Shown: positions 45,071-60,155, counted from the first letter of the stretch. The stretch is DNA of 64,000 bases from the human T2T-CHM13v2.0 reference genome, Homo sapiens (GCF_009914755.1 NC_060926.1), one strand, 5' to 3'. Notes: generated from the letters alone by a model not told the origin. Translations and numbers: made by a program.

Positions 45071-47672
45071 AATATATACATGTAGAAACATCTTGGATGT
45101 GGTATCAAATTATTGTAAAAAATTAATTTATCAAATAATAAAAGTTGGCCATGATATTGATTATAAAATAAGCCTTCATTTTTAGAGATTCTTGTATTAT
45201 AATGAAAGATTTTGAAACAAAAGTTCTTTTGCTACTGACTAGGTATGTGATCTTGGTCATTTTCATATGAAAGATCCCACAACATTTTCATTCAAATATT
45301 ATGGCCAAAGTCCAGCTGAAGCAATATTTTTCTAACATCCAGAATTCATTTTTAAATTTTAAGCAGAATGTTACACATCACTTTCATTATAAAACATTAT
45401 GGACTGTAGTTTGTGTAAGATAAATTTATTGTCCTGAAAAAACTAATGGAACCAAAAGATGTACTATTAGAACTAATATAAATGGTTAAACAAAGTGCTC
45501 AGTCACATAATAAATATGACCAATTCAAATATAATGGGAAAAATCTCACTCAAAACAAATGAAAAACAAAATATCTAGGAATAAACTATATAAGAAGTTT
45601 GTAGGACATAGACTGTAAAAAAAAAAAACTACCAAAGTTGATTACGGGAAATTAAAAAAAAAAATTGAACAGAAAGAAACTAGTCTAATTCTGCATAGCA
45701 AATATTTAACACTGGCAATTTCTGGGTAGTAGGATTATACTTAATTTTGATTACTACTTTATGATTGAGCATAATTTCTAAATTTTTCTTATTTTATAGG
45801 AAGAAGAAAAACACAGTTTTAAAAGTACTAAGCAGAGGCAATAGCTATTTTACTATATTCTGGGAAAACACTACCATGGTATGCCTATTTTACCAATTAA
45901 AAAAGAAATTGGATTTCATGACATCAAGAATCCTTCAAGATATAAACATATGTAAGTGTAATTCATGATATTGATACTGAATTGATTCTTGCTAACCTTC
46001 TACTAAAAGGCAGACTATATTAAAATACACTTGTTGCACTGTATAGAACTTTAAAATGTTAACATTAGAATATTCACCACGTCATTTTTTAATGCTCTTT
46101 GGGAAATAAGTAGTTTAGTTTAAACTATTCTTTAGTTACAAATGTACTGGTTAAAGTAATAAACTGTATAGAAAATTGTGTGGTAAGAACTAAGATTTTC
46201 AGTCCTACTTGCCTCTAACAGAAGAGCTGGAGGAACAGTTGCATTTAGCCCTGGTAGTCATTATCAAGGTTTTATTTTGTATTATTTCAAAGAATTTCTA
46301 TGCATTTGTAAGTACTTATATATATCCAATTTTATACAGGTATAATAATGACATTTATACAATTCCACAAGTTATTTAATAATGTAACTTGGCCATCTTT
46401 CCATATCATTCTATTTGTGTGTTCATATACATATATATATATATACACACGTGCCTTTAATGACTGAAAATGGCATGTATACATATATATATATTCATTC
46501 AACCACTACAAGAATCAAAGACAGAAATTTTTCTCAAAGAATTCTGCCTTTTTTACTGAAAAATAAAATTCATAATCAGAAAAATAAAATCTATCAAATC
46601 TCTGCCCTCTTTATAATTCATATAAATTTGCTTATGAACCAGTTCCACATATAGTCAACCTATATGATTTTCTCTATTTTTAAAACAGCTCAAAGTAGAG
46701 AGTCTCAATCAACCTTGCTAATAAAATAATTCAAATACAGATCTATACATCTCATAGGCTTTTCCAGTCTGGGGAACACAGTCCGGGAGAAAGAAAAGAG
46801 TTAACCACAGCAAACAACCTAAAAGGGCCCAGTTTCCATGGGACTTCAGAGTCCCACAGAGAGTGAAGGTAACTGCAGTGGAGCCTCTCATGCCCTTACT
46901 CCCTCTATATCCTCCAAACTGTTTTAATAATTCCAAAACCCCAAGAGAAAAGGTATAAATTAGGTATATGCTACATAAAAATGGGAATTTTCCAGAATTT
47001 TTTTGGGGCGGGGGGAAAGGACAAATTCACACAGCTTCCACTGACTGTCTCGAAATTCTGACCAGAAACTATGACTGGGAGTTTTGAGTTTTGACAAATC
47101 ACCTTAGGGAAACTAAGTACTTAGTTATGAAGAAATACTGTTTTGCCTCTAATTTTTCCCCTTGAATGTGGGATCCATAAAGAAAGAATAATGAAAGTAA
47201 TCCTCTGCTTTGGAAAGACTTACCACTTATCCTCCTACATGACTTGCCATTTTGGACATGCTTAAATTTGTCAATTTTCTGACACAATTTGGGAGTCTAC
47301 TTTCCCAGCCTACATACCTGGACTTGATGTAAGAGGTTCACCTGCTTCCCCTTGGTCCCTTTTACGCCTAACCTCTCTGACAGCTGCAGGGTATTATATA
47401 ATTCACTCCTTCCATATCCTATATGTAGAATTTTATCAATATCCTTTTATCTGCTCTTCTAGCCCAGCTACCATCACACAATTGCCTGGATGAGTGATGT
47501 CTCAAACACCCAAATACATCATAGAACTCCCTGACCTACCAAATGGTTTCTAATTGCTCTCCAGGACAATCTAACTCTTGACTCTCTAACCCCTTCATTA
47601 CCTATTACCTTATTTGTACTTTACCCTTGAGCATTCCCAAACCATTTGCAGATCCCTGAACGGACAATGCTT

Positions 47673-48175
47673 GTGAAAGGCAGAATAGTGCCCCAAAGAT
47701 GTCCATGTAGGTCGTAATCCTCAGAACTTATGATTATGTGATGTTATGTGGCAAAGGGGAATTAAGGTGGCAAAGATAATTTAGATTGCTAATCAACTGA
47801 TGTTATATAAAAGAGTAGCCTGGCTTATCCAGGTGGGCCTAATGTAATCAGAAGGGCCTCATTAGAAGGAGGCAGGAAGGTCAGAATCAGAGATGTGATG
47901 ACAGAAGCAGAGGTGAGAAAGCAGGAAGGTTTGAAGATGTCATGCTTCTGGCGTTGAAGAAGCATGAAACCATGACCCAAACAATGCAGGTAGCCTCTAG
48001 ATGCTAGAAAAGGAAAGGAAACAGATTCTCCCCTAGAGGCTCCAAAGGAATACAGCCCTGCCCACAGCTTGCTGTTATTTTGGATGTCTGACCTCCAGAA
48101 TTGTAAGATCATAAACTTGGATTGTTTAAGTCACTAAGGTTGTGGTAATGTTTTTTCAGCAATAGGAAACTGATA
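47673..48175 (+). mobile_element. MLT1D-like solo LTR
   Basis: tgtgaaaggcagaatagtgccccaaagatgtcc...cagcaataggaaactgata, about 500 bp. Confidence 0.8.
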
Positions 48176-48454
48176 TGCTCTTTGATATCTCTCTCATTTG
48201 AAATAGTACACACACTATTACCTATGCTTGGAAGGCCTTTCTGTGCTGTTGCCTCTCTGACCAATACCTACTTATTTTTCAGTCTCATCTTAATTATCCT
48301 ACTGGAGCTTCTCCTAATCCAGACAGAGATGATCTTTCCTTTCCCTTGTACTACTATTACACTTTGTGTTTGCTCCTACTGTTTCTCTAATTTATTTATG
48401 AGCTTATTACAATGTTTATTAAACATCTATCATACACTAGATAAAGGGCTATAG

Positions 48455-48750
48455 ATTTATTCAGGCCTCTGCAGAGAGACCATCTCTGGCAATGTCATCT
48501 AAAGTAGTTCCTCTACCCCCAATTATTCTTCACCCTCTCATTCTAATTATTTTCCTTTGTGGTACATCTCACTGTGTGGCATTATACTATATATTTATTA
48601 ACTTTCCTGTTGTTCACGTCTACAATTAGGATATATGCTCCATGAAAACAAGGCCTTTAGCTGATCATCTCTGTTTCTCCAGACTGCCTAAAATAATATC
48701 TGGTCCCTGTTAGATATTCAATACATATTTGCTGAAAGAGCATTAAGTGA
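48455..48750 (+). mobile_element. L2 3' fragment
   Basis: Ends in attcaatacatatttgctgaa. Confidence 0.55.
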
Positions 48751-49416
48751 TTACATTATAGATCACAGTCCTGCACCTAATGCATGGTAGTATTAGAAGC
48801 AAACATATAGATTTCACCTGCTTTTCCCCTACATTTAAATCTAGGGTCACCTGTATGAGATGACAACTATTATCAAGAACAACCTCCAAGTCAAAATGGT
48901 CAGTAGATTGAGGTATATGTGAAGAAGTGAGGAAGAAAACACATGCCCGCTTTAAAGTTTCAGCACTGGCTCTAAGTTCACATTAACTGCAGTTGACCGG
49001 TGCCCCAGACCAGCTACTCAGGTGTCAATCATAGCACACAACCCCCGCATGGAGAAACTTGCATTTTGTTAGTAATCTAAGGATATCTATGCTATCTTAC
49101 TTCTCCAAGAGCTTGGGGTTAAGAAGGAGATTCTATGCATAGTAGACACAAATAATGTAGTTTTACCTCCAACATATATTATTGAGTGAAAAAAGCAAGT
49201 TTCACTATGATACATACCATATGATACCATTATATAAACATTAACAGACTTCAAACAATACTACCCCCTTCTCTTGTGCGTGCGCTCTCTCTCGAGAAAA
49301 AAAGCCTAAATGCCCACACGTAGACCAAACTGAAGAGGATGCTGCAATTGGAGGTTAGTGTCAAAGGGGACTTTAGCTTTAACTGTAATAAAATCACTGC
49401 ATTTTTACAGTGATTT

Positions 49417-49480
49417 TATATATGAGTGTATATATATACATATATATGTGTATATATGTGTATGTGTGTACATATATGTA
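49417..49480. repeat. (TA/TG)n microsatellite
   Basis: Seen directly in the sequence. Confidence 0.85.
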
Positions 49481-49525
49481 ATTAAAAGTAATCAACATAG
49501 CCCCAAAAGGTCCTATTACTACATA

Positions 49526-49830
49526 CAGTCATCTCTCAGTATCTGCAGGGGACTGGTTCCAGGACCTCCAAGAATACCAGACTGTATGGATACTAAAGTG
49601 TCTCATAGAAAATGGTGTAGTTTTGCAAATAACCTAGGCACATCCTCCTGTATGCTTTAAATCATCTCTAACCTTATTTATAATACCTAATACAAGGTAA
49701 ATTCTAAATAAATAGTTATGCTATATTTTATTTGTATTTTTGTTGTTCTATGTTATTTATTTTAAAATATTTTCTATATGAAGTTGTTTGAATTCACAAA
49801 TGCAAAACCTGCAGAGATGGAGGGCTGACT
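49526..49830. mobile_element. MER2-like Tigger-family MITE
   Basis: Inverted ends cagtcatctctcagtatctgcagggg and cctgcagagatggagggctgactg. Confidence 0.75.
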
Positions 49831-50359
49831 GCAATTCTCATTTCTATTGTAAAATTAATGCAACAATATTAGAGTCTATAAAGATTACCAAGTGGGTTCT
49901 ACTGGTGAGAACCCCAGAGTCTGATCACTTGTCACTCACATTTCTGAACCTGCCAAGTTTGGACCACTTCCCAGAGCCCCTTGACCCTACCAAGTCATAC
50001 AAACCCTGTGAAGGCCAGCCTGAAATACCCAGTTAACTTTAATTTTGTATATAATGAAATAATTTTTATACAAATTTGTTCTGCCTTGTAAGATAAATTT
50101 CTTCTGGCCCCTTTAACAAAAATGATTCAAAACACAGCTTTTCTTCTGATTAATGGTCACAAATGCATTGTCTTTCTCTTGATTACAAGCTTGATAATTA
50201 AAAGAAAACCGTGAAAGCGAAGGCCACAAGCAAGGTTATAGAGTTCAACAATTAAATGGTATTTTGATGTGCTTTTCACTATCACTGCTGAGGAAATTTT
50301 ATCCTCTGAAGTTTAAAACTGGAAGACACAGCTAGGTACTAATATTCATTCTACTTTTT

Positions 50360-50790
50360 TCCCTTTCTAACACATTCTAATTTTGTTCAGGGTAAAATAT
50401 TGGCTTTCCTTTGACACCTCTGAGACTGTAAATGACCATGTGATACACTTCCAACCAATGAGACATGACTAGAGAGAGGTCTGCTGGGAATTTCAGGGCA
50501 AGATATGTTTTCTCATACAGGCACACCTCCTTATTCCTTGCCCTTTCTCCTTTCTTCCTGCATGAAATGCGGACGTAAAGCTAGACATGGAGCGAGTATT
50601 AAGATGAAAGATTCATACTAACTGTTGCAGAGAAGAAAGCCAAGGGGAGCCTGGGATGTTGTTATCAAGAATCTGCTGTACCAGCCCTGGACTCTTTCCC
50701 TCTGGACTTGTTGTATTGAGAAAAATAAATCCCCAAGCTTCTGCAATCAGGTTCTGTAACTTTCAGCCAAACAAAATCCTCAACTGAGAT
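50360..50790. mobile_element. Old MLT1 (I/J-like) LTR
   Basis: Motifs gaggtctgctgggaatttcagg and ccagccctggact...tctggactt...gagaaaaataaa. Confidence 0.55.
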
Positions 50791-52352
50791 AGACTGGGAT
50801 AATATGAAGCACCCAGGAGATTCTGATGTCTCTGTACATAAAGCAGTATAAAAATTGTTCTAGAAAAACACCTATCAATATAGACATAGGTAAAATACTA
50901 GAAAATATTACTGTCATTGCTTTTCAATAGTAGCATGAAAAAATTACATCTAGCAAAATTTCCTGTCTTAAAACTCTAATAGAATTTCACATGCAGTTTT
51001 AACATAGCTAAAAGAGAGCAGGTTAAAAGATATGTCAGTGGTTCTGGAAAGGGAAAGAAAAAAATCCTCAGAAAGTTAAGTATACTACCAAAAAGTAACA
51101 TAAAAGAATGCATCTGTAAGTATACAATACTCCAGAATAGTTTTCCATGAAGGATCAGTTATGCAAGGAGTAATTTTCCTCTAAAATGTTACACAAAGGG
51201 TATTTTTAACATTTTTAATAAAAAATAGCAACCTACCACTCTTTAACAACAAAGACTATAAAACTCTATTAAATTACAGTGCCTGGAACATGGTAGCCAC
51301 TAATATGTTTTGAATAAATAAGAGGTAAGAAATATTAATGCATTTTGTATTATTGCCAGTTAAATTTGAAAGATCTCCAGGTTAGGAAGTAAATAAATGA
51401 AGGGGAAGATGAAAGGAGTTAAGATAAAGTTTAGAGGGAGGGAAAGGAAGAGGGAGGAAAAAGAAACGCAGAGGGAACAAAAAGAGGAAAAAAAATTTCC
51501 TTATTTTCCTATCTCCTCTTTTCAATTCTAAATTTAAATCATAAACGAAAATCTTCCTCCCTATAAAGGCAAATTTATAGTTGGCATTAGCTGCACTGAA
51601 GTGGGTAGAGTTTTTACTGCAGAGGAACTAGAGGGGCTAATTTTGAAGCATGAAAGGTGGGCCCTCAGGTCTGGGTAGGGTTTTCAGGGAGAGGCAGTGA
51701 CTGAGGATGAGCAGCTACCTGGAGAAGAGGGAGGTGATGTGAGGAGAGGGGCTGAATGGGGAGTGCTCATAAGTCAGTCTTCTCTTGTTTCAATTTTTGC
51801 TTCAACCTAGTCCTTCACAGAGGCAAGGAGGGGACGATTCTCCACTATCCTTTATTTCATAATCTCTTTGCACAAGGATCCATATTCTCTGAACAATGAT
51901 TTGAAAGTCCTTTTTCAAAAAAACCTCAATGTCTATGAAAACTAGGGGAAGTGGAGGAAAAATAAACTGCTCTTCCTTAGAGAAAGAGGGAAGGGATAGT
52001 TTTTCTTTCTGCCTGGAGGGGTAGGGTGTGTCGATGGTGTGGGGGGGGTGGGGTACAAATTACCATGTAACACAAGGACAAACAGAAAGTGGCTGCATAG
52101 GATTTTCCATTTGGCTTTAAAAGTACCATCGAATACTTTGTTTCAAAATATAATGGTCAGTAACATGAAATAGTCATTAACATACGACTACCACTTGTTA
52201 CTGGCAGTCAAAAACATGCAAATTAAAATAACCACAACATTCCCAATCAAATTAACAAAAAATAAAATGTATGTATGTAATTGGAAAGGTGGCAGTAAAT
52301 TAACTCTCATACACATTGTTGGTGGGTATCTAGGGGGCTATCTGGCGACATA

Positions 52353-54709
52353 CAGGCATACCTTGTTTTGTGCTTCATTTCATTGCACTTCACAGATATT
52401 GAAGTTCTGTGGCAACCCTGTGCCAAGCAAGCCTGTCAGCACCATCTTTTCAATAGCAGTGCTTGCTTCATGTCTCTGTGTCTCATTTTGGTTATTACTG
52501 CAAAACCCTTCATTATATTTATTATGGTGATCTATGATTGGTGATCTTTGATGATACTATCGTAATTGTTTTAGTGCACCTCAAACTGCATGCACATAAG
52601 AAAGCAAACTTGATAAATGTTGTGTGTATTCTGACTAATTCGTTCCAGCTGCTTTCCTCTGTCTTTCCCTCTCCTGGGCTGTCCCTATTTTCTGAGACAC
52701 AACAATATTGAAATTAGGCTAATTAATAACCCTACAATGTCCTGTAGGTGTTCAATTGAGGGAGAATAGTACATCTTTAACTTAGAATCAAAAGCTAAAA
52801 ATGTTTGAGCTTGGTGAGGAAGACATGTCAAAAGCCAAAATGAGATGAAAGTTAGACCTCTTGTGCCAGTTAGCCAAGCTGTGAATGCAAAGGAAAAGTT
52901 CTTGAAAGAAATGAAAAGGGCTACTCCAGTAAACATGCAAGTGATAAGAAAACAAAACAGTCTTATTGCTCATATGGAGTAAGTTTGAGTGGTCTGGATA
53001 GAAGATCAAACCTGCCACAACAATCTTTAAGCAAAACCCTAATTCAGAGCAAGGCCCTAACTCTCTTTGATTCTAGGAAGCCTAAGTGAGGTGAGGAAGC
53101 TACAGAAGAAAGTTTGAAGCTGGCAGAAGTTGGCTCATAAGGTTTAAGGAAGGTTGCTGTATTCAGAACATAAAAATGCAAGATGGAGCAGCAAGTGCTG
53201 ATTCAGAAGCTGCAGCAAGTTATCCAGAAGCTCTTGCTAACATCATTGGTGAAGGTAGCTACACTAAACAATAGATTTTCAGAGTGGATGAAACAACCTT
53301 ATGCTGAAAGAAAATGCCATCTAGGACTTTCATAGCCAGAGATGAAAAAACAATGCCTAGCTTCAGAGATTCAAAGGACAGGCTGACTTTCTTGTTAGGG
53401 TCTAATGCAGCTGGTGACTTTAAGTTGAAGCCAGTACTTCTTTACCATTCTGAAAATCCTGGGGCTCTTAAGAATTATTATAAATCTACTGTCTGTGCTC
53501 TATAAATGGAGCAACAAAGCCTGGGTGATAGCACATCTGTTTACACCATGATTAACTGAATATTTTAAGCCCACTGTTGAGACTTACTGCTCAGAAGAAA
53601 AGATTCCTTTCAAAATTTACTGGTTATTCACAATGCACCTCGTCAGCCACGAGCTCTGAAGGAGATGTACAGGAGATTAATGTTGCTTTCATGCCTGCTA
53701 ACATAACATTTATTCTGCAGCCCACGGATCAGAAGTAATTTCAACTTTCAAGTCTTATTATTTAAGAAACACATTTCATAAGGCTATAGCTGCCATAGAT
53801 AGTAATTCCTCTGATGCATCTGGGCAAAGTAAATTAAAAACCTGCTGAAAAGTATTAACTATTCCAGATGCCACTAAGAACACTCATGATTTCTGGAAGG
53901 AGGTCAAAATAAATAGCAGCATTAACAAGAGTTTGGAAGAGGTTGATTCCAACCCTTGTAAATAACTTTGAGGGGTTCAACAATTTCATGGAGGAAGTAA
54001 CTGCAGATGTGGTGAAAATAGCAAGGGAACTAGGATTAGAGCCTGAAGATGTGACTGAATTGCTGCAATCTCATGATATAACTTGAACAGATGAGGAGTT
54101 GCTTCTTGTGGATAAGCAAAGAAACTGGTTTCTGGAGATGAAATCTATACCTGGTGAAGATGCTTGTGAACACTGTTGAAATAATAAAGGATTTCGAATA
54201 TTATATAAGCTTAGTTGATAAAGCAATGTCAGGGTTTGAGAAGGCTGACTCCAATTTTGAAAGAAGTTCTATGGTGCGTAAAATGCTATCAAAAGCATCA
54301 CATGCTTCACAGAAATCTTTCATGAAAGGAAGAGTCAATTGATGTGTCAAACTTCACTGTTGTCTTCCTTTAAAAAATTGTCTCAGCTACCCCAACCTTC
54401 CTCAGCCACTACCTTGATCAGTAAGCAGCCATCAACATTGAGGCAAGACCCTCCACCAGCAAAAAGATTATGACTCGCTGAGGCTGAGATGAGCATTGGC
54501 ATTTTTTAGCACTAAAGGATTTTGAAATTAAGATATGTACATTATTTTTTAGACATAATGCTATTGCACATTTAATAGACTATAGTATACTGTAAACATA
54601 ACTTTTACAGGCACTGGAAAACCAAGATTCATGCCACTTTCTTTATTGCAATATTAGCTTTACTGTAGTGGTCTGGAATCAAACCTGCAATATCTCCAAG
54701 GTACACCTG
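52353..54709 (+). mobile_element. Near-full-length Tigger1 DNA transposon with decayed pogo-like transposase
   Basis: Ends are TA|caggcatacct and aggtacacctg|TA, 2357 bp. ORF remnants are 53314..53505 ([17 protein letters not shown]...[19 protein letters not shown]) and 54154..54342. Confidence 0.92.
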
Positions 54710-54721
54710 TACCAAAATTCT

Positions 54722-54845
54722 CTTTGTGTTTGAGATGGGGTCTTACCATGTTGCCCAGGCTGGTCTTGAACTCCTTGGCTCAAGCGATCCTCCTACTTCA
54801 GCCTCTTGAGTAGCTGACTATAGGTGTGTACCACTGCAGCCAGCT
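54722..54845 (-). mobile_element. Free left Alu monomer (FLAM-like)
   Basis: A single arm with TSD ctgta(c/t)caaaattct at 54707-54721 and 54846-54860. Confidence 0.8.
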
Positions 54846-55149
54846 CTGTATCAAAATTCTTAACATTTTTATATCATTTAACCCAGTGACAATTTTAGAG
54901 ATTTATCCCAAGAAAACATGTACAAAAAGATATATTTACAAGTATGCTTGCAGCCGAATTATCTATTTGGAGAAAAACTGGAAATGACTTTAAAATTAGT
55001 GATCATAGGGGATTGGTTACATTAAATTATGAGATACCCATACAATGCAAGGTTTTAAGACAATAGTACTGTAAAAGAAAGCATTACAGTAGACCAATAA
55101 AATAGGTTCATTTAAAATATAGTTGAAATAAAAATAGCATATCCTCAAA

Positions 55150-55270
55150 ACTAAGGTACACCTAAACTCTAGGGTAGTGTTGGTCTTTGGAATCAGGCTG
55201 TGAAAGACTGAAAGACTGAATTCCAGGTCCACCACTTATAAACTGTGGCACCCTCAGCAAATTACTTAAA
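55150..55270 (+). mobile_element. MIR fragment
   Basis: tctttggaatcag...gtccaccacttataaactgtggcaccctcagcaaattacttaa. Confidence 0.6.
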
Positions 55271-55279
55271 TGGTGGAAA

Positions 55280-56452
55280 AGACTCAGTATTGTAAAAATG
55301 TCAACTCTTCCAAATTGATTTATACAATCTCAACTGAAATCCTAGAAAGTTTTTTTGTGCATATGAAAATTGGCAAGCTGGTTTAAAAATATGTATAGAA
55401 ATGCAAAGGACAAGGATAGCCAAGAGAATCTTGATGAAAAGAGTAAAGCTGGAGGATTTATAGTACCATATACCAAGATCCATTATGAAGTTCTAATAAT
55501 CAAGACTGTTATTGGAGCAAGGATGGGCAAACAGGTCAATGAACAGTATAAAGAGCCTCAAGAAACAGTTCCATACATACATGATCACCTGATTTATGAA
55601 GAAGTGAGTCATACTGCTGTGCAGTATGGAAAGAACAGTCTTTAATAAATGGTCCTGGTTCTGTTGGATACCCACATGGAAAAAGTGATTCTTGATCTCC
55701 TACTTCCCAACAGTCACATAGATCAAATCCAGATGTACTGCAGATCTAAATGTGAAAGATAAAAATGAGCATTTTGGAAGAAAACAAAGGAGAACATATT
55801 CATGACCTTGGAATTGGCAAAGATTTCTTTTTAAAAAAATGTTCATCTTAAATGGAAAACATAATAAGTTGGGAAATACTAAAATTAAGACCATCTATTC
55901 ATCCAAAGACACCATTAAGGGAGTGAAAAGGGAGCCTGAAGAGCAGGAAAATCCATTTGCCATATATCTCTTCAAAATATTTGAATCCAGAATACATATG
56001 TATATATTAAAGCACATACAAATTAATGAGAAAAAGGCAGACGACCCAATAAAAAATGGGGCAGAAGACCTCAACAGACACTCCACAATAAAAGGATACC
56101 CAAGTGGCCAATAAACATATTACAATGCGCTCAACTTTATCCATTAGCAAAATCCAATTTAAAACCACAGTGCAATACCTCTATAAACACACTAGGGTAG
56201 CTGAAATGAAAAAGATAGAAAATACCAAATGTTGGTAAGAAAGTGGAGCAACCAGAGCGTTCACACACAGCTGGTGGGAGTGTAAACTGGAACAACTTCT
56301 TTAGAAAAAAATTACTAGCAGTTCATCTACTATGACCTAGCCATTATACCTTTTATATACTCAATAGAAATTTGTACATATATTCATCAGAAGACATATA
56401 TAAGAATGGTCATAGCAGCGCTATCTCCAGTAACACATGTTAGAAATGACCC
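55280..56452 (+). mobile_element. Ancient L1ME/L1MC ORF2 3' region
   Basis: ORFs 55370..55645 and 55839..56114 contain degenerate ORF2p peptides (SKAGGFIVP, DDPIKNGAEDLNRH). Confidence 0.8.
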
Positions 56453-56454
56453 AC

Positions 56455-56632
56455 AGCCTGGGCAACAAACAGATACTGACTCTACAAAAAAAATGAAAAA
56501 CTAGCCGAGTGTGGTGTTGCATGCCTATCACCTTCTCAGAAAGCTGAAGTGGGAGGATGGCTTGAGCCCAGAAGGTCAAGGCTTCAGTGAGCCATGATCA
56601 CACCATAGCACTACCTGAAACAAACAAAAAGA
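56455..56632 (+). mobile_element. Degenerate AluJ-like fragment
   Basis: cagcctgggcaac...gggaggatggcttgagcccagaaggtcaaggct. Confidence 0.7.
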
Positions 56633-56644
56633 AACTACTCAGAT

Positions 56645-57042
56645 ACTATGGTCTGAATGTTGGTGTTTCATGCCCCCACCCCCTGGCTAAATTCATATGC
56701 TGAAACTGAATCCCCAACGTGTCTGTATTAAGAGTTGGGGCCTCTTAGGAAGTTATTAAGTCATGAGGGCTTCTTTCTTCTGAATGGGATTAGTGTCCTT
56801 ACAAAAGAAATTGAAAAGTGTGTATTTGCCCCTTCCACCATGTGAAGACAGAGCAACAAGGGCCCATCTTTGAGGCAGAGAACAAGTCCTCATCTTGCCT
56901 CATCAAGCTCTCATCGCCAAATGCTGCTGGCACCTCAGGCTTGGACTTCCCAGCCTCCAGAACCGTAAGCAATCAATTTCTGAAGTTTATTAATTACCTA
57001 GTCTACAGTATTTTGTTATAGTAGCTAAAATGGACTAACACA
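56645..57042 (+). mobile_element. MST/MLT1A-type solo LTR
   Basis: tactatggtctgaatgtt...ttgttatagtagctaaaatggactaacaca. Confidence 0.75.
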
Positions 57043-57388
57043 CCAGATGTCTACCAATAGTAGAATAAATTGACGTATATTCACAAATTCACTATTAGAT
57101 TTTTGTTATTGGGAAAAGGGCTGAGAGGGAAAGTGAGTATTGAAATATTCATTAATACTAGTGCCGACTTATGTCTAGAAAATGATGCTTCTAGTCCTGT
57201 CCAATGGGAAATGTGTATAAGGCAAAGGGTGTGTAAACAGCTACTAGCATCATTCTTCTCTGACATATGTATTAACTTATTTGCTCCAAGATATATTTTA
57301 TAACTGCTAAGGCTAGTTTGACATAACCAAGTGACAGAGCTGACAAATTTGAATAGAAGTGTTAAGATAATTTTAAAACCAAATCTGA

Positions 57389-57738
<350 letters not shown>

Positions 57739-57776
57739 TTACACGTAAAAAAGTTGCCATAAAAAATGATGACATA

Positions 57777-58086
<310 letters not shown>

Positions 58087-58329
58087 TTACAGATGACTAT
58101 TTAGTGACATATAGCTTACATATAATATTAAAATTCTAAAGCAAGATAAGAGATAGGAATAATTATAATTTTATTTTAAAAGTGTATATATGTGTGTAGA
58201 TGTATATTTAATAAATGACTGCAAAGCTATACATCAAAATGTAGTAGTAGTAATCAATGTGAATAGAATTATTTTTATTGTCTTCTTTGTGTTCCATATT
58301 TTATAAATTTTCAGTGAAAGAAAAATTTT

Positions 58330-59570
58330 TTTCTTTTTAAAATTTAAGTTATGTTTTTATGTTTAGAAACAATCACAGACTTATAGAAAAGTTGCAAGTA
58401 GAGTATAAGGAAGTTTATTTTTCTGAAGGAAGGTTCCATTTCAGAGGAAAACTGTTGCCCTGATTTCCCATCCCTCCTGAATACTTGAGGGTGTCTTTCC
58501 TACAAACAAGGACATTCTACTACATAACCACAAGACAACTCTCAGCAACAAGAGATTTACCATCGATAACTTTACTGTCAACTGATCCTCAGATCTCATT
58601 CACGTTTTGCCAACTGTTTCAATAATGTCCTTTATAGAAAAAGGCTCCAGTTTTGAACCAAGCACTGCATATCGCTGTCACGTCTCCTTAGTCCCCTTCA
58701 GCCCAGAATTGCTACTCAGTCTTTGACTTTCAGGATCTTGACACTTTTGAAGATTACATGCCAGTTATTTTGTAGCATGTCCTTCAGTTTTGGTTTGTCT
58801 GATGTTTCTTCATGATTAGGCCCAGAATATGCATCTGGCAGGAATATCACAGAAGTGATGTGCTCTTCTCATTGCATTACCTGATTTCCCTTTGTCCATT
58901 ACTGATGCTATTGACTTTGATCGCTTAATTAAGGTAGTGCCTGTCAGGTTTCTCCACTATAAAGGTACCTTTCTTCCTACTTGTATTTTGTGGAGAGGTA
59001 CTTTGAAAGTGATAAAGTTTAATTTCTCGTTAAATATGTAAGTTTTTGTTTGTTCATATCTGCATAGATTTGTTTTATTCAATGGTGATACAGTTTGGTT
59101 CTGTGTCCCTACCCAAATCTCATGTCAAATTGTAATCCCCAGTGCTGGAGGAGGGGTCTGGTGGGAGGTGATTGAATCATCAGGTGGACTTCTCCCTTGC
59201 TGTTCTGTGATAGTGGGTGAGTTCTCATGAGATCTGTTTGTTTAAAACTGTGTAGCACCTCCCCGTTCATTCTTTCTTCCTCCTTCTCCAGCCATGAGGA
59301 TATTTCTGCCTTCCCTTCACCTTCTGCCATGATTGTAAGTTACCTGAGGCTGCCCCAGCCATGTTTTCTGTACAGCATGTGGAACTGTGAGTCAATTAAA
59401 CCTCTCTTCTTTATAAATTACCCACTCTCAAGTAGGTCTTTATAGCAATGCAAGAAGGGACCAAAACAAATGGGTTACAATCTGTTACTATATTTATTTA
59501 TTTTGAAGCTCAAATTATCCCAAATTTAGCCAGTGGAAACCCCTTCAAGCTGGCTTCTGTGCCCTATGTC
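58330..59570 (-). mobile_element. L1MC4/5-like 3'UTR interrupted by an MST LTR
   Basis: cagacttatagaaaagttgcaag...; the sequence resumes after the LTR with gctcaaattatcccaaatttagccagtgg. Confidence 0.6.
59086..59468 (+). mobile_element. MSTA-like solo LTR
   Basis: tgatacagtttgg...gaagggaccaaaaca with 5-bp TSD AATGG (59081-59085 and 59469-59473). Confidence 0.88.
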
Positions 59571-60155
59571 TTTAAACAACAATACCCATTCTTAGCTCAC
59601 AGTTCTGCAGGTTGGAAGTCTGGCATGGCATGACTTTGCTCAGAGTTTGATAAAGCTGAAATCAGCATATCACCAGCCTGAGTTATTTTCCAGAACCTTA
59701 AGGGAAAACCCATTTGCCAGCTCATTCTTATTGTCAGTCAAATTCAGTTACTTGCAGCTATTGGACTGAAGGTCCCCCCACTTCCTTGCTCACCATCAGT
59801 CAGGGACAGTTGTCAGTGACTACAGTTGTTTGCATTCCTCATGTGGCCCTCTCTATCTTCAAAGCCAGCCATGGATAATCACCCTCATGCCAATTCCTTC
59901 TCATGGTTTGGATCTCTAATTTTCTCTAGACCTAAATTTAAAGGGCTCTTGTGACAAGATCAGGCTTACTTGGATAATCTCCCCTATTCTGAGATCAACT
60001 ATCAGGAACCTTAATTACATCTCTAAATCTCTTGCCATATAATGTAACATAGTCATGGCAGAGATAGCTCAACAAGTTCATGCTACTGGGAATTACACAG
60101 AACATATATGCTAGAGGGCAGGAAATCTTGGGGCCCTCCTAGAATTATACTACAC
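59570..60155 (-). mobile_element. MLT1E-like LTR
   Basis: ttaaacaac...ttagctcacagttctgcaggttggaagtc...ggaaatcttggggccctcctagaatt. Confidence 0.7.

Noticed and set aside
51395-52055. Purine-rich tract and G-rich run (52014-52053) as a promoter or G-quadruplex element
   Set aside because: Low-complexity sequence with no CpG island or linked exon, so function cannot be supported from sequence alone.
52353-54709. Domesticated Tigger transposase gene (TIGD1-like)
   Set aside because: The transposase is broken into short fragments by stops and frameshifts.
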